From contig CAKKNE010000005.1 of the NCBI GenBank assembly GCA_918797485.1, forward strand, positions 992,001-1,056,000: 64,000 bases of DNA. The letters run 5' to 3'. This document shows, in pieces, positions 55,115-64,000 of the stretch. The position numbers and the translations under genes were made by a program. The notes under the pieces were generated by a model, which searched no databases, was not told the DNA's origin, and saw nothing but the letters and a program-made list of their open reading frames with translations. The first letter of the stretch is position 1. Every line of letters begins with the position of its first letter. Source of the stretch: Pelagomonas calceolata. Taxonomy: Eukaryota.

Positions 55115-56131
55115 TCACATTACGCGTCGCCGCTTCGGCTCCGGCTCCGCGAGGGCTGCCGGCGTCTTCCCCGCGGCGAGCGCGCGCGTATAATTGCGAT
55201 GCTCGGCCGTCTCGTACCACGCGACCGTTTCTCGGATAGCGTCGGCCAGAGGCGTCGGTCTCCAGTCCAGGGCACTCAGCGCCGCGTCGACGCAGATGGG
55301 CCCGCCCACGTCGACGGTCAAGAGGGGAGCCTTCCGCGCGGCGTCGAGGGCGTAGTCGCGGCCAGCGGCGACGAGCGCGGCCAGCTCCGCGACTGACACA
55401 GGCTGGACGCAGGCGATATGCAATACCTTGGGCGGGTTTGATGCCGTGAGCGCCGCGACGACCGCGCGCCCAACGTCAGGCGCGTACGCGATTGAGCCGA
55501 CGTGGGGTTTCCCGTCCGCGACGTGCTTCACAGCGCTGCCCACGCGCCCGCGGCCGACGGCGTCGATGAGGTCCAGGAAGCCTCCCAAATTATCTCTGGG
55601 ACCGATGACGTCCGGCAGCCGCAACGAGACGCTGTCGATCGTCGCATAGACCTCCTCGGCGTCGAGCTTGGCCGACCCATACCCATACTGGTACGAGTCG
55701 CGGCGCTTGAGTTCAGCGATGGCTTGGCGTGACGTGGCGCGCACGGCGTCGGCCTCGACGAGTGAGTCTTTCTGTACGCGTTCGCACGCCGCGAAGACCG
55801 AGTCCGTGGAAATGTACACGCAGCGCGGTGGCGTTTCCAAACTCGCAATGGCATCCACGACGGTCGACGCATCGACGACGTCGAAGCAAGTCGTGTCTAC
55901 CACACCGCTCCATTCTTCGCTCGCGATCGCTTCTGAGACAGCTTCTCGGTCCTCGAAGCGGTCCGCATGTATCGCACCCACGCGTGGGTCGCCTTCAAAA
56001 GGCGAGGGCGTCACGCCTCGGTTCAGCAGCGTGACCTCGTAGCCCTGTTTGAGCAGCTCTCTTACAATGTGCACACCGATGAATTGCGTGCCGCCGAGTA
56101 CGAGGACTCGTTTTTGAGGGTCAGCAGCCAT
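55115..56131 (-). CDS. NAD-dependent epimerase/dehydratase (extended SDR)
   Basis: VLVLGGTQFIG, LLNRG, YISTDSV, YGSAK. Confidence 0.88.
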   Translation of the reverse strand: MAADPQKRVLVLGGTQFIGVHIVRELLKQGYEVTLLNRGVTPSPFEGDPRVGAIHADRFEDREAVSEAIASEEWSGVVDTTCFDVVDASTVVDAIASLETPPRCVYISTDSVFAACERVQKDSLVEADAVRATSRQAIAELKRRDSYQYGYGSAKLDAEEVYATIDSVSLRLPDVIGPRDNLGGFLDLIDAVGRGRVGSAVKHVADGKPHVGSIAYAPDVGRAVVAALTASNPPKVLHIACVQPVSVAELAALVAAGRDYALDAARKAPLLTVDVGGPICVDAALSALDWRPTPLADAIRETVAWYETAEHRNYTRALAAGKTPAALAEPEPKRRRVM

Positions 56132-56196
56132 CAATCTTGCCTCATCTTTGCATGTGCTGCGTGCTTTGCTGCTTTGCGTGCCTGTGCCAGGGATGC

Positions 56197-56218
56197 CTAG
56201 TGTGTTACTCTCCGCTAG
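56197..56218 (-). promoter_or_regulatory. CTAG-bounded upstream motif
   Basis: CTAGTGTGTTACTCTCCGCTAG, between divergent genes. Confidence 0.65.
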
Positions 56219-56282
56219 CAGAAATATTGGGCTTTTGCCTGCGTGAACACGCCAACAATTATAATTCGCGTTGAACAATACA

Positions 56283-56987
56283 ATGGCGCGAATTGAAAGC
56301 AATCCGACCTCAAGCCGGACCTTCCCCTCTTCATTACCACCCCAGCTCGTGATTTCGTGGTTGCCAGTGAGCGACGTCGCCTCGGCGCTTTGCGCGTCAT
56401 CTGCGTGGCACCGCGCGTCGGCGCCTGTCTTCCAAATCATTGCTCAGAGCCGCGGGCTCGGGCGAGAGCGCGCCGATGTTCCGTGGCGCGAGGTCGTGCG
56501 GTGTTCCAAGAGACGGGTCACCGTTATCGATCCAGGCAAACGTTACCCTGCCGCCACTCACTATGCCACAGCGCTTGGGGTTTTGGACCAAGGTTGGGCC
56601 CCAGGTGCATGGGGCAGTGGTGTAATTGAGGTCGGGGATGCAGGAGATTTCATCGCCGAGGTCGAATTAGAACGTGGTACCGGGTTTCGAATTATGGCGT
56701 TCCGGGCGGACAGGGATGGCCAGATTCATATCATTGGGCGCATCGGCGTTTTGATTGGGTACCCAGGCGAACTTGGCACCGTGGAGTTGACGGTGGAGGA
56801 TGCCGAGACGCTAGGCGCATCTGATCTGAAGACGGAGCTGGTCGCGAGGGGTTTGAGGACGACGGGCCGAGAGAGCCAGGACCGGACGAACTTGACTGAA
56901 TATTTGCACCGTTATCTCCCTTGCCTCGCCTACGACGCCTCGCGTGAGGACAAGGTCGCCGAAGAAATGGAAAGGGCTGGTCTATAG
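56283..56987 (+). CDS. F-box-like protein with SAP-like C-terminal motif
   Basis: LPPQLVISWLPVSDVASALCASSAWH; LGASDLKTELVARGLRTTG. Confidence 0.55.
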   Translation: MARIESNPTSSRTFPSSLPPQLVISWLPVSDVASALCASSAWHRASAPVFQIIAQSRGLGRERADVPWREVVRCSKRRVTVIDPGKRYPAATHYATALGVLDQGWAPGAWGSGVIEVGDAGDFIAEVELERGTGFRIMAFRADRDGQIHIIGRIGVLIGYPGELGTVELTVEDAETLGASDLKTELVARGLRTTGRESQDRTNLTEYLHRYLPCLAYDASREDKVAEEMERAGL

Positions 56988-57071
56988 TCCGTGACCGCTA
57001 CTACTCTCCCTTGGATTGGGCATAGATAGAACACGAACGAAATAATTACAACTAGAACTCGACCAACGAAA

Positions 57072-58436
57072 TCACACGAGCGTCCCCTCGCCACCACCAT
57101 CCTCTGAAACAGCCGTGACGGCGGGCAACGAGATACGCCGCAGGTACTCGTGCCGCGGCTCCGGCGGCCGCACGACGAGGACGACGAACGCCAACGCTGC
57201 CGTCGCGACCGTCCCGTAGAACGCGTCGGCCGCGCGCGAGTGCCGCGCGCCGTAGGCATACAGGTACCCTAACCACACCGGCGCGACCAGCCCCGAGGCC
57301 GATTCCAAAGCGCCGAGGGCACCCAACGCCGCGCCGCCGTCCTCTTTCGGCGCGGACGCCACGAGCAGCGCGCGGCTCGCGGGCATCGAGGCCGCCGTGA
57401 CAGACGCGAGACACGCAATACCATAAATGCCGGGATTCGACGCCGGGAGCAGGGCGAATCCTACGGAGATGCCGGCGGCGACGAGGCACCCGGCTCGCGC
57501 GAGCAACAGGTTGAGCCTAAACTCGTCCCCTGTCCATATTTTCCGAACGAGCGGTTCTATGACGAGAGTGCCGACGGCGGCCGCGGCGCCCAGTAGCGAG
57601 ATGTAGAGGCCAACTCCTGTGCTTGAGCGATCGCGGGCGAGGTATTGGGTAGCGATGTTCCCCACACCAATATTGTTCGTCGCCACCAGCGTCCAAGCTA
57701 AAGCTAAAAAGCGCGTCGGCGGCGCCGCGACGACTTTGAGACCTCGCAGCACGTCCGCTTTGGCCTCGCTCTTCGTCGGCGCCACCGCCGGCAGAGCAAA
57801 TAGCGTCCAAAGCAACGCGACCGCCGCAATACCAGAAGCGCCGGCGAGCGTCGCGAAGGCGCCGAAGTGCTGGGCCGCGGCGCCGCCGGCCGCCGGCGAC
57901 ACGCATATGCTCAGCGTCAGCGCGACGGCGACGCCGCGGAACCCACCGGTACGCTGCTCCGGCGCTTCCTCCTCCTCCGCCGCGCCGGCCAGCGGCGCGT
58001 ACGTTTCCTCCTCCGGCGCCTTGGCGCTTGCCGCCGCGTAGGCGAAGGACGCGGCGAGGAAGCCGAGCGTGCCGCCACACAAACCGTTCGCCGCCGCCGA
58101 GAGGAGCAGGGCGTAGAACGGCCAGCCGTAGAGCGCCCACAGCGCGGCGAGTATCAGCGACGCGACGACGCCGACGCCGCCCGCGAGTAATGGTATTTTT
58201 GGCCCCAATCGATCACAAGCCCTCCCGACGAGCGGCGCGGCCAGCAGCTGCGGCAGACTCCCCGCGAGGCCGTACTGGACGAGCCGCTGCGCCGCCTTCG
58301 CCGCGCAGTTGTCGTCGTTACTTTGACAGTGCTTCACGAGCGCCAGCGGGATGACGACGGTACCACCTCCCAGCGCGACGAACGTGATGAAATCTAAGAC
58401 GAGAAGTCGCCATGGCGCGTCCCCAAGTGCGCCCAT
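57072..58436 (-). CDS. Major facilitator superfamily transporter
   Basis: About 12 TM helices; motif A-like GRACDRLGPK. Confidence 0.88.
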   Translation of the reverse strand: MGALGDAPWRLLVLDFITFVALGGGTVVIPLALVKHCQSNDDNCAAKAAQRLVQYGLAGSLPQLLAAPLVGRACDRLGPKIPLLAGGVGVVASLILAALWALYGWPFYALLLSAAANGLCGGTLGFLAASFAYAAASAKAPEEETYAPLAGAAEEEEAPEQRTGGFRGVAVALTLSICVSPAAGGAAAQHFGAFATLAGASGIAAVALLWTLFALPAVAPTKSEAKADVLRGLKVVAAPPTRFLALAWTLVATNNIGVGNIATQYLARDRSSTGVGLYISLLGAAAAVGTLVIEPLVRKIWTGDEFRLNLLLARAGCLVAAGISVGFALLPASNPGIYGIACLASVTAASMPASRALLVASAPKEDGGAALGALGALESASGLVAPVWLGYLYAYGARHSRAADAFYGTVATAALAFVVLVVRPPEPRHEYLRRISLPAVTAVSEDGGGEGTLV

Positions 58437-58628
58437 TGCTGTGTCGCGTCGATGGCGTGCGTTTCAAGCTGATGCTCTCCCAGCTCTGAGAGCGTCTGAA
58501 ACCGCGCTGCTCGAAGCTGGAGCTTTGTGCCCAATACCACAGCGAGTTAATAATCCACGAATAGAGGGTCAGTATCGTGCCAGTGTCCACTTCAGGACGC
58601 TGACGCGCTCCGGGCTTGCTTTTGTTTG

Positions 58629-58649
58629 CTAGTGTCTTACTGCCGCTAG
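58629..58649 (-). promoter_or_regulatory. CTAG-bounded upstream motif
   Basis: CTAGTGTCTTACTGCCGCTAG, between divergent genes. Confidence 0.7.
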
Positions 58650-58783
58650 CTCGACTTTACGCGCGTGGTCTTTTACGGCTCGCACAGAGCGCACACAAAC
58701 TTTTAAACGCATGCCAGACGACCCACGGGCACTATAGAGCACGACTGGCACGCAGCGTGCCGCTTCCCGCATCCCTGTGCAAG

Positions 58784-59767
58784 ATGCAGTGGGTGCTCAC
58801 ATTGCTGCTACTCGCCGCGACGCGCGAGACGCATGCGTCCGAGCCAGCGCTGCGCGTAGCAGCCATCTTCGTGACACTATGCACACCTGCCCAAGCTGAG
58901 CTGAGCGTCGACGCCTCAGGCGTCGTCCGCGCTACGCTCCGCAATGGGGAATCCCTGACGGCCAACAGCGCCTGCGTCGTCGGCTGCAGCGGCCTCGCGT
59001 CGAGTGGACGACTCCTCCGGAGCACGCCGCTCGTCGCGCTCGGCCGCAAGAAGCGCTGGTGGCAGCGGGGCTTGCTGCGTAAGAAGGACTCGCCCTTCGC
59101 GGCCTACTCGACGCGCGCGGACGAGGCCGTATTGATGGTGTCGAGCAGCCGCGTCGGCCACGCGGCGTGCGTCGTGGACGCCTCGAACAGCACCGTCGTC
59201 CTCGCGGAGCGGTCGGTCTTGTGCGCGACGCCGGGGACGGAGTTGGAGGCGTCCAAGAACGGGCTCGTCACTGTCAAGAGAGGTACAGTAGCTGTGCAGG
59301 GGCCAGGGCGCGTCGTGGCGCACTCGGTGCCCAAGGGCGGGCGGCTCGACGCCCGTTCACAACGCGTCGTGGCATGGACTCTTCAGTCCGAAACCACAAA
59401 TGACGCCAAGGACTGGCGGGCGTTCGTCGGGCCCGCCGTCGTCTACCTGGCCTCGGCCGCGCCGCCCGCGCCTCTTGGTCGTTTGTTGCGGATGAGAGCT
59501 TCACCGTCGAAGGGCGGCCTGAAGAGTGTTGTGAAGGGTTCTTTACGTAAAGCCGCGCTCTCGCTCGTCGCGGCGCTCCTGTTGCTGCTGGGCAGCCTCG
59601 TCGCGCGGCCGGAGAAATCCGTGAGCGACCTCCCGGGCGAGGTCCTGGCGCTCTACCGCGGCGGGCGCCGGGCGGCCGCCGCGATCACCGCGGGAACGGC
59701 AGCGGCGAGCCGTGCCGCGGGCGCGGCGCGGCGCGAGTTGCAGGGCGATCCGAGTAATGAGACCTAG
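58784..59767 (+). CDS. Hypothetical protein, possibly Aim24/TRAP-like beta domain with C-terminal TM
   Basis: Signal peptide, beta-rich core (GTVAVQGPGRVV...VVAW...FVGPAVVYL), TM helix. Confidence 0.5.
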   Translation: MQWVLTLLLLAATRETHASEPALRVAAIFVTLCTPAQAELSVDASGVVRATLRNGESLTANSACVVGCSGLASSGRLLRSTPLVALGRKKRWWQRGLLRKKDSPFAAYSTRADEAVLMVSSSRVGHAACVVDASNSTVVLAERSVLCATPGTELEASKNGLVTVKRGTVAVQGPGRVVAHSVPKGGRLDARSQRVVAWTLQSETTNDAKDWRAFVGPAVVYLASAAPPAPLGRLLRMRASPSKGGLKSVVKGSLRKAALSLVAALLLLLGSLVARPEKSVSDLPGEVLALYRGGRRAAAAITAGTAAASRAAGAARRELQGDPSNET

Positions 59768-59777
59768 TGATACAAGC

Positions 59778-61262
59778 TTAGTAATCTGCCGCCATACCAT
59801 ACGGCCCCGGCATCGGATAGTAGCCCCGCCCCTCGTCCCCCGGCGCCGGATGCGCGGCCAAAAACCGGTCCAGGTCGTCCGCGAGGCGCGCCACGCGGTC
59901 GCGGTGGCGCCGCGTCCGCGGGCCGTCGAAGATCCGCAACCCGTGCCACAGCGCCAGGCGCGCGACGAGCTCGTTCTTCTTGCCGCTGACCTTGAGCCCG
60001 GCTGCCCTACATTTCGCCGTCAGCGTGCTCACGGGGAAGAAGCGGTGGTCTCGGATGTACTGCGCCACGCGGGCCTCGGTGAAGGCGCTCTCCGTGCGTT
60101 GCCGCTTCCGTTCTTCGATCTGGCGCCGCTGCTCCGCGGCCGCGTCGAGCCTAGCCTGCGTCGCCGCGTCCGGCGCGACCTGGGGCGCCTCGTCGTCGTC
60201 GGAGGGAATCTCGATGACCTCGCCGTTGGCGATGGCCTCGTCGAAGCGTCTTTTTTTAAGCATCTCCGGCGTCATGACGTGCATTTCAACACCATCATCA
60301 TCGTCCGCCGGCGCGGGCGCGGGCGCCGCGGGCGTGACGACGAGCGTCGGCGCGGGCGCCGGCGCGCCCGGCGTCCGCGGCGGGGCCGGCGCCGGCGCCG
60401 GCGGCGGCAGGACCTCGACGTCGTCGGCGGCCGAGATGGACCGCCTGAGCGCGGCGATGTCCTTGCCGCGGCCGGGGGGCGGCGGCGCGGCCGGCGCGGG
60501 CGCGGGCGCGGGCGCCATGGCCTCGGCGAGCATCTCATCGGCGGTCCGCGGATGAGATGCTCCGTCGTGCGGGATGACCACGGCGAGCGGTTCCGGCCAG
60601 GCGATCTCGCGGCGCTGCTTGACGAATGTGATCGTGACGAGCGTTGAGGGACCGGGATTCGCTTGGCCGTAGGCCCGGGCGGGGGCGCCGCTGAGCCGGA
60701 GGCCGAAGCGCCGCACCGCGCCGCTCGTCAAACGGAGGGCGACCATGGCCTCGTCCCCCCGGATGAGGCTTTGAACGACGACGTCGACGTGCGCGACGTC
60801 GGGGAGCCAGAGGCTGACCGACACCGTGACGCCGGGCTGCGAACAGCTGATCTGGGGCACGAACGGCGCCGGCGCCGCCCGCGGAGCGACGGGCCGCGGC
60901 GCGAACGGGCGCTGGCCCCCGACGGGCGCGGGCGCGCGCGGCCCCCATGCGGTTCCCAGCCCGCGAAAGCGGCCAGATACCGGGGGCACGCCAAAGGCCG
61001 GCGACGCGGCGGCCGGCGCGGGCGCGGGCGCCGCGGCCCGCGCGCGCGCGACGGCGACGCGCGCGGCGAGCTGATCCGGGCTCAGGCGGGCGACCGCGTC
61101 GGCCGCGTCGAGGAAGGCGTCCCGGACCCCCCAGCCGTTTTCTCCTATCCCGCCGCGTGCCTCGATGAAGGCGAGGTTCTCGATGTACTGTTCCTCGAGC
61201 CGGGCGGTGAGGGCGATGTAGGTGGTCTCCGCCGCGTCTTCCCGCGGGGTCTCCTCCGCCAT
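59778..61262 (-). CDS. Hypothetical protein with CS/p23-like and SAP domains
   Basis: VTVSVSLWLPDV...LVTITFVKQRREIAWPEP; VSTLTAKCRAAGLKVSGKKNELVARL. Confidence 0.65.
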   Translation of the reverse strand: MAEETPREDAAETTYIALTARLEEQYIENLAFIEARGGIGENGWGVRDAFLDAADAVARLSPDQLAARVAVARARAAAPAPAPAAASPAFGVPPVSGRFRGLGTAWGPRAPAPVGGQRPFAPRPVAPRAAPAPFVPQISCSQPGVTVSVSLWLPDVAHVDVVVQSLIRGDEAMVALRLTSGAVRRFGLRLSGAPARAYGQANPGPSTLVTITFVKQRREIAWPEPLAVVIPHDGASHPRTADEMLAEAMAPAPAPAPAAPPPPGRGKDIAALRRSISAADDVEVLPPPAPAPAPPRTPGAPAPAPTLVVTPAAPAPAPADDDDGVEMHVMTPEMLKKRRFDEAIANGEVIEIPSDDDEAPQVAPDAATQARLDAAAEQRRQIEERKRQRTESAFTEARVAQYIRDHRFFPVSTLTAKCRAAGLKVSGKKNELVARLALWHGLRIFDGPRTRRHRDRVARLADDLDRFLAAHPAPGDEGRGYYPMPGPYGMAADY

Positions 61263-61576
61263 AATGTGACCGTGACTTTGTCTACAGTGAGCAGGCTCTC
61301 ACAGGCCTGCGTTTCGCTCTCCCAGGGCCGCCGCGCTGGCTGCGCCGTCCGGGATTCGGTGAAATCTGGTCTCTAAACCAATTACGGGGCTCTTCGGGCG
61401 AGCTGGGCGCAGCAAGTTTCGCCTCGGCGTTTTTTGGGCCGCAAAACGCTAAAGCCACTAAACGGGTTTCATTCGAGGATGCGGCAGCGATACTCGTCCA
61501 GACCCTCTCTAGGAGCGATCCGTTTGGCGACTTTATTATTATAGGACAGTGCTACTTACGCTAGAACCACCGCAGT

Positions 61577-62011
61577 TCACTTCCGCACGACCCCCGCGAT
61601 GTCCGTGTAGCGCAGGAACGAGAACCGCCGCTCCTGGCCGTCCTCGCCGAACTCTTCGTCCTTCGGGCCGATGCCCCAGGGGTGCTTGCAGTAGACGAGG
61701 TCGCCGGGCTTGAGGCCCGCGTTTTCTACCACGAGACCGGAGTTGCCCTGGCCGCCGGCGCCGACACTGACCACTTTCGCGAGGTGCATGGGCGGGTCCT
61801 CCGGGGCTACTAAAAATAAGCCTCCAGCCGACGTCTCCGGCGGCTTGATGCGTTCCACATACACTAAGTCATACAACGCTTGTTGCCGCGTGAAGGCCTC
61901 CTCGTTCGTGACTGCTGCTTGCCTTTGAAGGGCGTTTTGTCTGGTGAGTTGGGGCGCGAAGGCCTGGATGCATGTGAAGGTGGCCCAGAGGGCGAGTGTC
62001 CTCCTTGCCAT
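61577..62011 (-). CDS. Plastid GroES/Cpn10-like co-chaperonin
   Basis: IQA-FAP presequence; ALYDLVYVERI...SAGGLFL...AKVVSVGAG...LKPGDLVY...DIAGVV. Confidence 0.8.
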   Translation of the reverse strand: MARRTLALWATFTCIQAFAPQLTRQNALQRQAAVTNEEAFTRQQALYDLVYVERIKPPETSAGGLFLVAPEDPPMHLAKVVSVGAGGQGNSGLVVENAGLKPGDLVYCKHPWGIGPKDEEFGEDGQERRFSFLRYTDIAGVVRK

Positions 62012-62311
62012 TGTTTTCGCGCTCGTCGCCGGCGTACCAGCAGTGCGTGTTGTAGTTGCGTCGCCGGCGTACCAGCCGTGCGGAGATGCTGGGCGCTCGA
62101 GCGTGGCAGCTGTGCAGAGTAAATGCGTAGATTGCCGGTGCACAGGCAATGCGTGCGCGCTGTTTACGGCCCAATTGGCGGAACTGCAATCAATCTAAGT
62201 GTGTTTTACCTAGCCCCAAAAGCATAAAGCTGAAGGCGAGCTGGTGTAGACAGCCGCTGTGCATCGCTGTTGCACCGACGCCGTCGCAAAGACTTGTTTA
62301 CAGCTTTAAGA

Positions 62312-63389
62312 ATGGCTGCCGCACGATGCGCGTTGGCCCTGGCACTGCTCGCGGCGCCTACCCAAGCCCTCGCTGCCAGACGCCGCTCCCCCGTGCGCAT
62401 GTCGATAGATGTGTGGAAATTAACTTCAGGCGCCCTACGCCATCGAAGCGATGCTGTAGCTCAATGGTTGATTTCCACACAGGTCGATAGCGCCGAGCGA
62501 CGTCGTCGTGATGATGAACGGCCTCCCCGGCAAGATGGGCTATTCGTGTGCGGAGGCGTGCGTGGCCAGAGGCATGACGTTAGCCGACGTCGCATTGACC
62601 GGTGAGCCCTTCGCGGGCACTCCCACGGATGACCGCATCCCCAAGGTCGACCTGGTAGCCGGCGGCTCCGACGAAGCAGAGAAGCGCGGCGCAGAACTCG
62701 CCAAAAAGTGCAAGGAGCAAGGCAAGGTGTTGGTCGCGGTCGACTTCACGGCGCCGCAAGCGGCTTTACCGAACGCCGAATATTACGCGAGGCACGGCAT
62801 GCATTTTGTGATGGGGACGACGGGCGGCGACTACGACGCGATTGGAAAGACCGTGACGGACGGCAAGCACGGCGCCGTGGTCGCGCCGAACATGAGCAAG
62901 CAGATCGTGGCCATGCAGGCCGTGGTGGACCAGGCCGCTCGTGATTTTCCCAATGCGTTTGCGGGCTACGACCTCACGGTGATCGAGTCCCACCAGAAGG
63001 CCAAAGTGGACACCTCTGGAACTGCAAAAGCAGTGGTCGCGTCGCTGAAGGAATTAAATGGAGGCGGCTTCCAGGTCGAAGACGTCGAAAAGGTCCGCAA
63101 CGACGAGACCTCGTTGAATGGGGCCAACGGTCGGTTAGGTAAGGTGCCTAGTGAACACCTGCCGGGCCACGCCTACCACACCTACGCGTTGACCTCGGGC
63201 GACGGCACCGTGACGTTCGAACTCAGACACAATGTTAATGGAAGATCGACGTACGCCGAGGGCGTCGCGGACGCGTGCTTGTTTCTCGCGGCGAAGGCCG
63301 ACGCGGGCTTCCCGCGGGCGCGGTTTCTGGGGCGCCGAAAACGGCTCTTCGACATGATCGATGTTTTACAGGAGGGGGCCATGTCCTAA
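62312..63389 (+). CDS. dapB: 4-hydroxy-tetrahydrodipicolinate reductase; exons 62312-62400, 62483-63389
   Basis: VMMNGLPGKMG, VDFT, FVMGTTG, APNMSKQI, ESHQKAKVDTSGTA, GHAYHTY. Confidence 0.93.
62409..62482 (+). mobile_element. Introner element (MITE-like) forming the dapB intron 62401-62482
   Basis: 8-bp TSD GTCGATAG at 62401-62408 and 62483-62490; 16-bp TIRs ATGTGTGGAAATTAAC / GTTGATTTCCACACAG (14/16 match). Confidence 0.9.
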
Positions 63390-63515
63390 GTAGCTTATCG
63401 TTATACGCCATCGCCGCGACCCCTCATAACTTTTGACAGAGAAGCACTTTATTAGTCTTTAAAAAACCGGTACCATATACAGAAAGCATGGGATGCCGTA
63501 GGATGCGGCGTTGAT

Positions 63516-63779
63516 TCATTCCGTCGGCGGCGACTCCGCCAAGGACTCGAGCGTCGTCGACGACATGCTTCGTAAAGCCGCGGCCGTCGCCGGCGACTCC
63601 GAGGGGAGCGGCATGGACATCTCGCGCAGGGCCGCCGCTTGGAGTCGGGTCGTGCCCGGCGGGTAGGTCGCGAGCGCCGCGAGCTGCGACGGCGACGGCG
63701 GCTGCGACTCGCGCACGGGCGAGCTCGGCATCGACGCGCAGCGCGGCGTCGGCGGCTCCGACCGGTACTCTCTTTTAAT
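63516..63779 (-). CDS. Possible short Ser/Pro-rich ORF or terminal exon
   Basis: GC3-biased open frame after CTCTAG at ~63780; upstream motif at 63922. Confidence 0.3.
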   Translation of the reverse strand: MKREYRSEPPTPRCASMPSSPVRESQPPSPSQLAALATYPPGTTRLQAAALREMSMPLPSESPATAAALRSMSSTTLESLAESPPTE

Positions 63780-63921
63780 CTAGAGGTTTAGCATGGACTA
63801 GTAGTAACTGATGTTGGCGCACGGAAGATCTGCGTAATTGTCACTGGCACCACGCGCAACTAACGTCGGTCGAGAGCTTGCTTATACGCAAACTGAGGCC
63901 GCTCGCGGTCACATTTCATTC

Positions 63922-63943
63922 CTAGTGTCTTACTGGACGCTAG
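63922..63943 (-). promoter_or_regulatory. CTAG-bounded upstream motif
   Basis: CTAGTGTCTTACTGGACGCTAG. Confidence 0.7.
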
Positions 63944-64000
63944 GAGCAGTCCGACGTGAAACTGAGTCCACACGCCCATTACATATCCTCTGGAAGTGTC

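Noticed and set aside
355..63943. CTAG motif copies as CRISPR repeats
   Set aside because: Copies are kilobases apart, in both orientations and separated by genes. No cas genes, and the context is eukaryotic.

Overview
This is gene-dense, GC-rich eukaryotic nuclear DNA with spliceosomal introns, bipartite plastid-targeting presequences and flagellar genes. It most resembles a pelagophyte alga (Pelagomonas/Aureococcus-like); that assignment is inference. About 40 protein genes are supportable, including TIM21, a bromodomain/Myb protein, JmjC, MATCAP-like peptidase, NACHT-ankyrin, PDE12-like, SHIPPO-repeat, MetAP1, glutathione reductase, GT31, clathrin light chain, FUN14, phytoene synthase, LRR-mTERF, RTF2, MFS, Cpn10 and DapB. 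No rRNA, tRNA or CRISPR array was seen. Main observations: (1) a 20-24 bp CTAG-bounded motif occurs 16-17 times, almost always upstream of a gene start and never between convergent genes; (2) one 1433-aa ORF joins BAHD-like acyltransferase, thioesterase, zinc finger, adenylation, carrier and reductase domains; (3) introner-type introns have visible TIRs/TSDs and share a palindromic intronic motif; (4) two head-to-head genes share an unrecognised ~125-aa domain; (5) a lower-GC ~1 kb island holds diverged ~289-bp tandem repeats; (6) several genes are chimeric or broken. All calls were made by eye, with no database searches.
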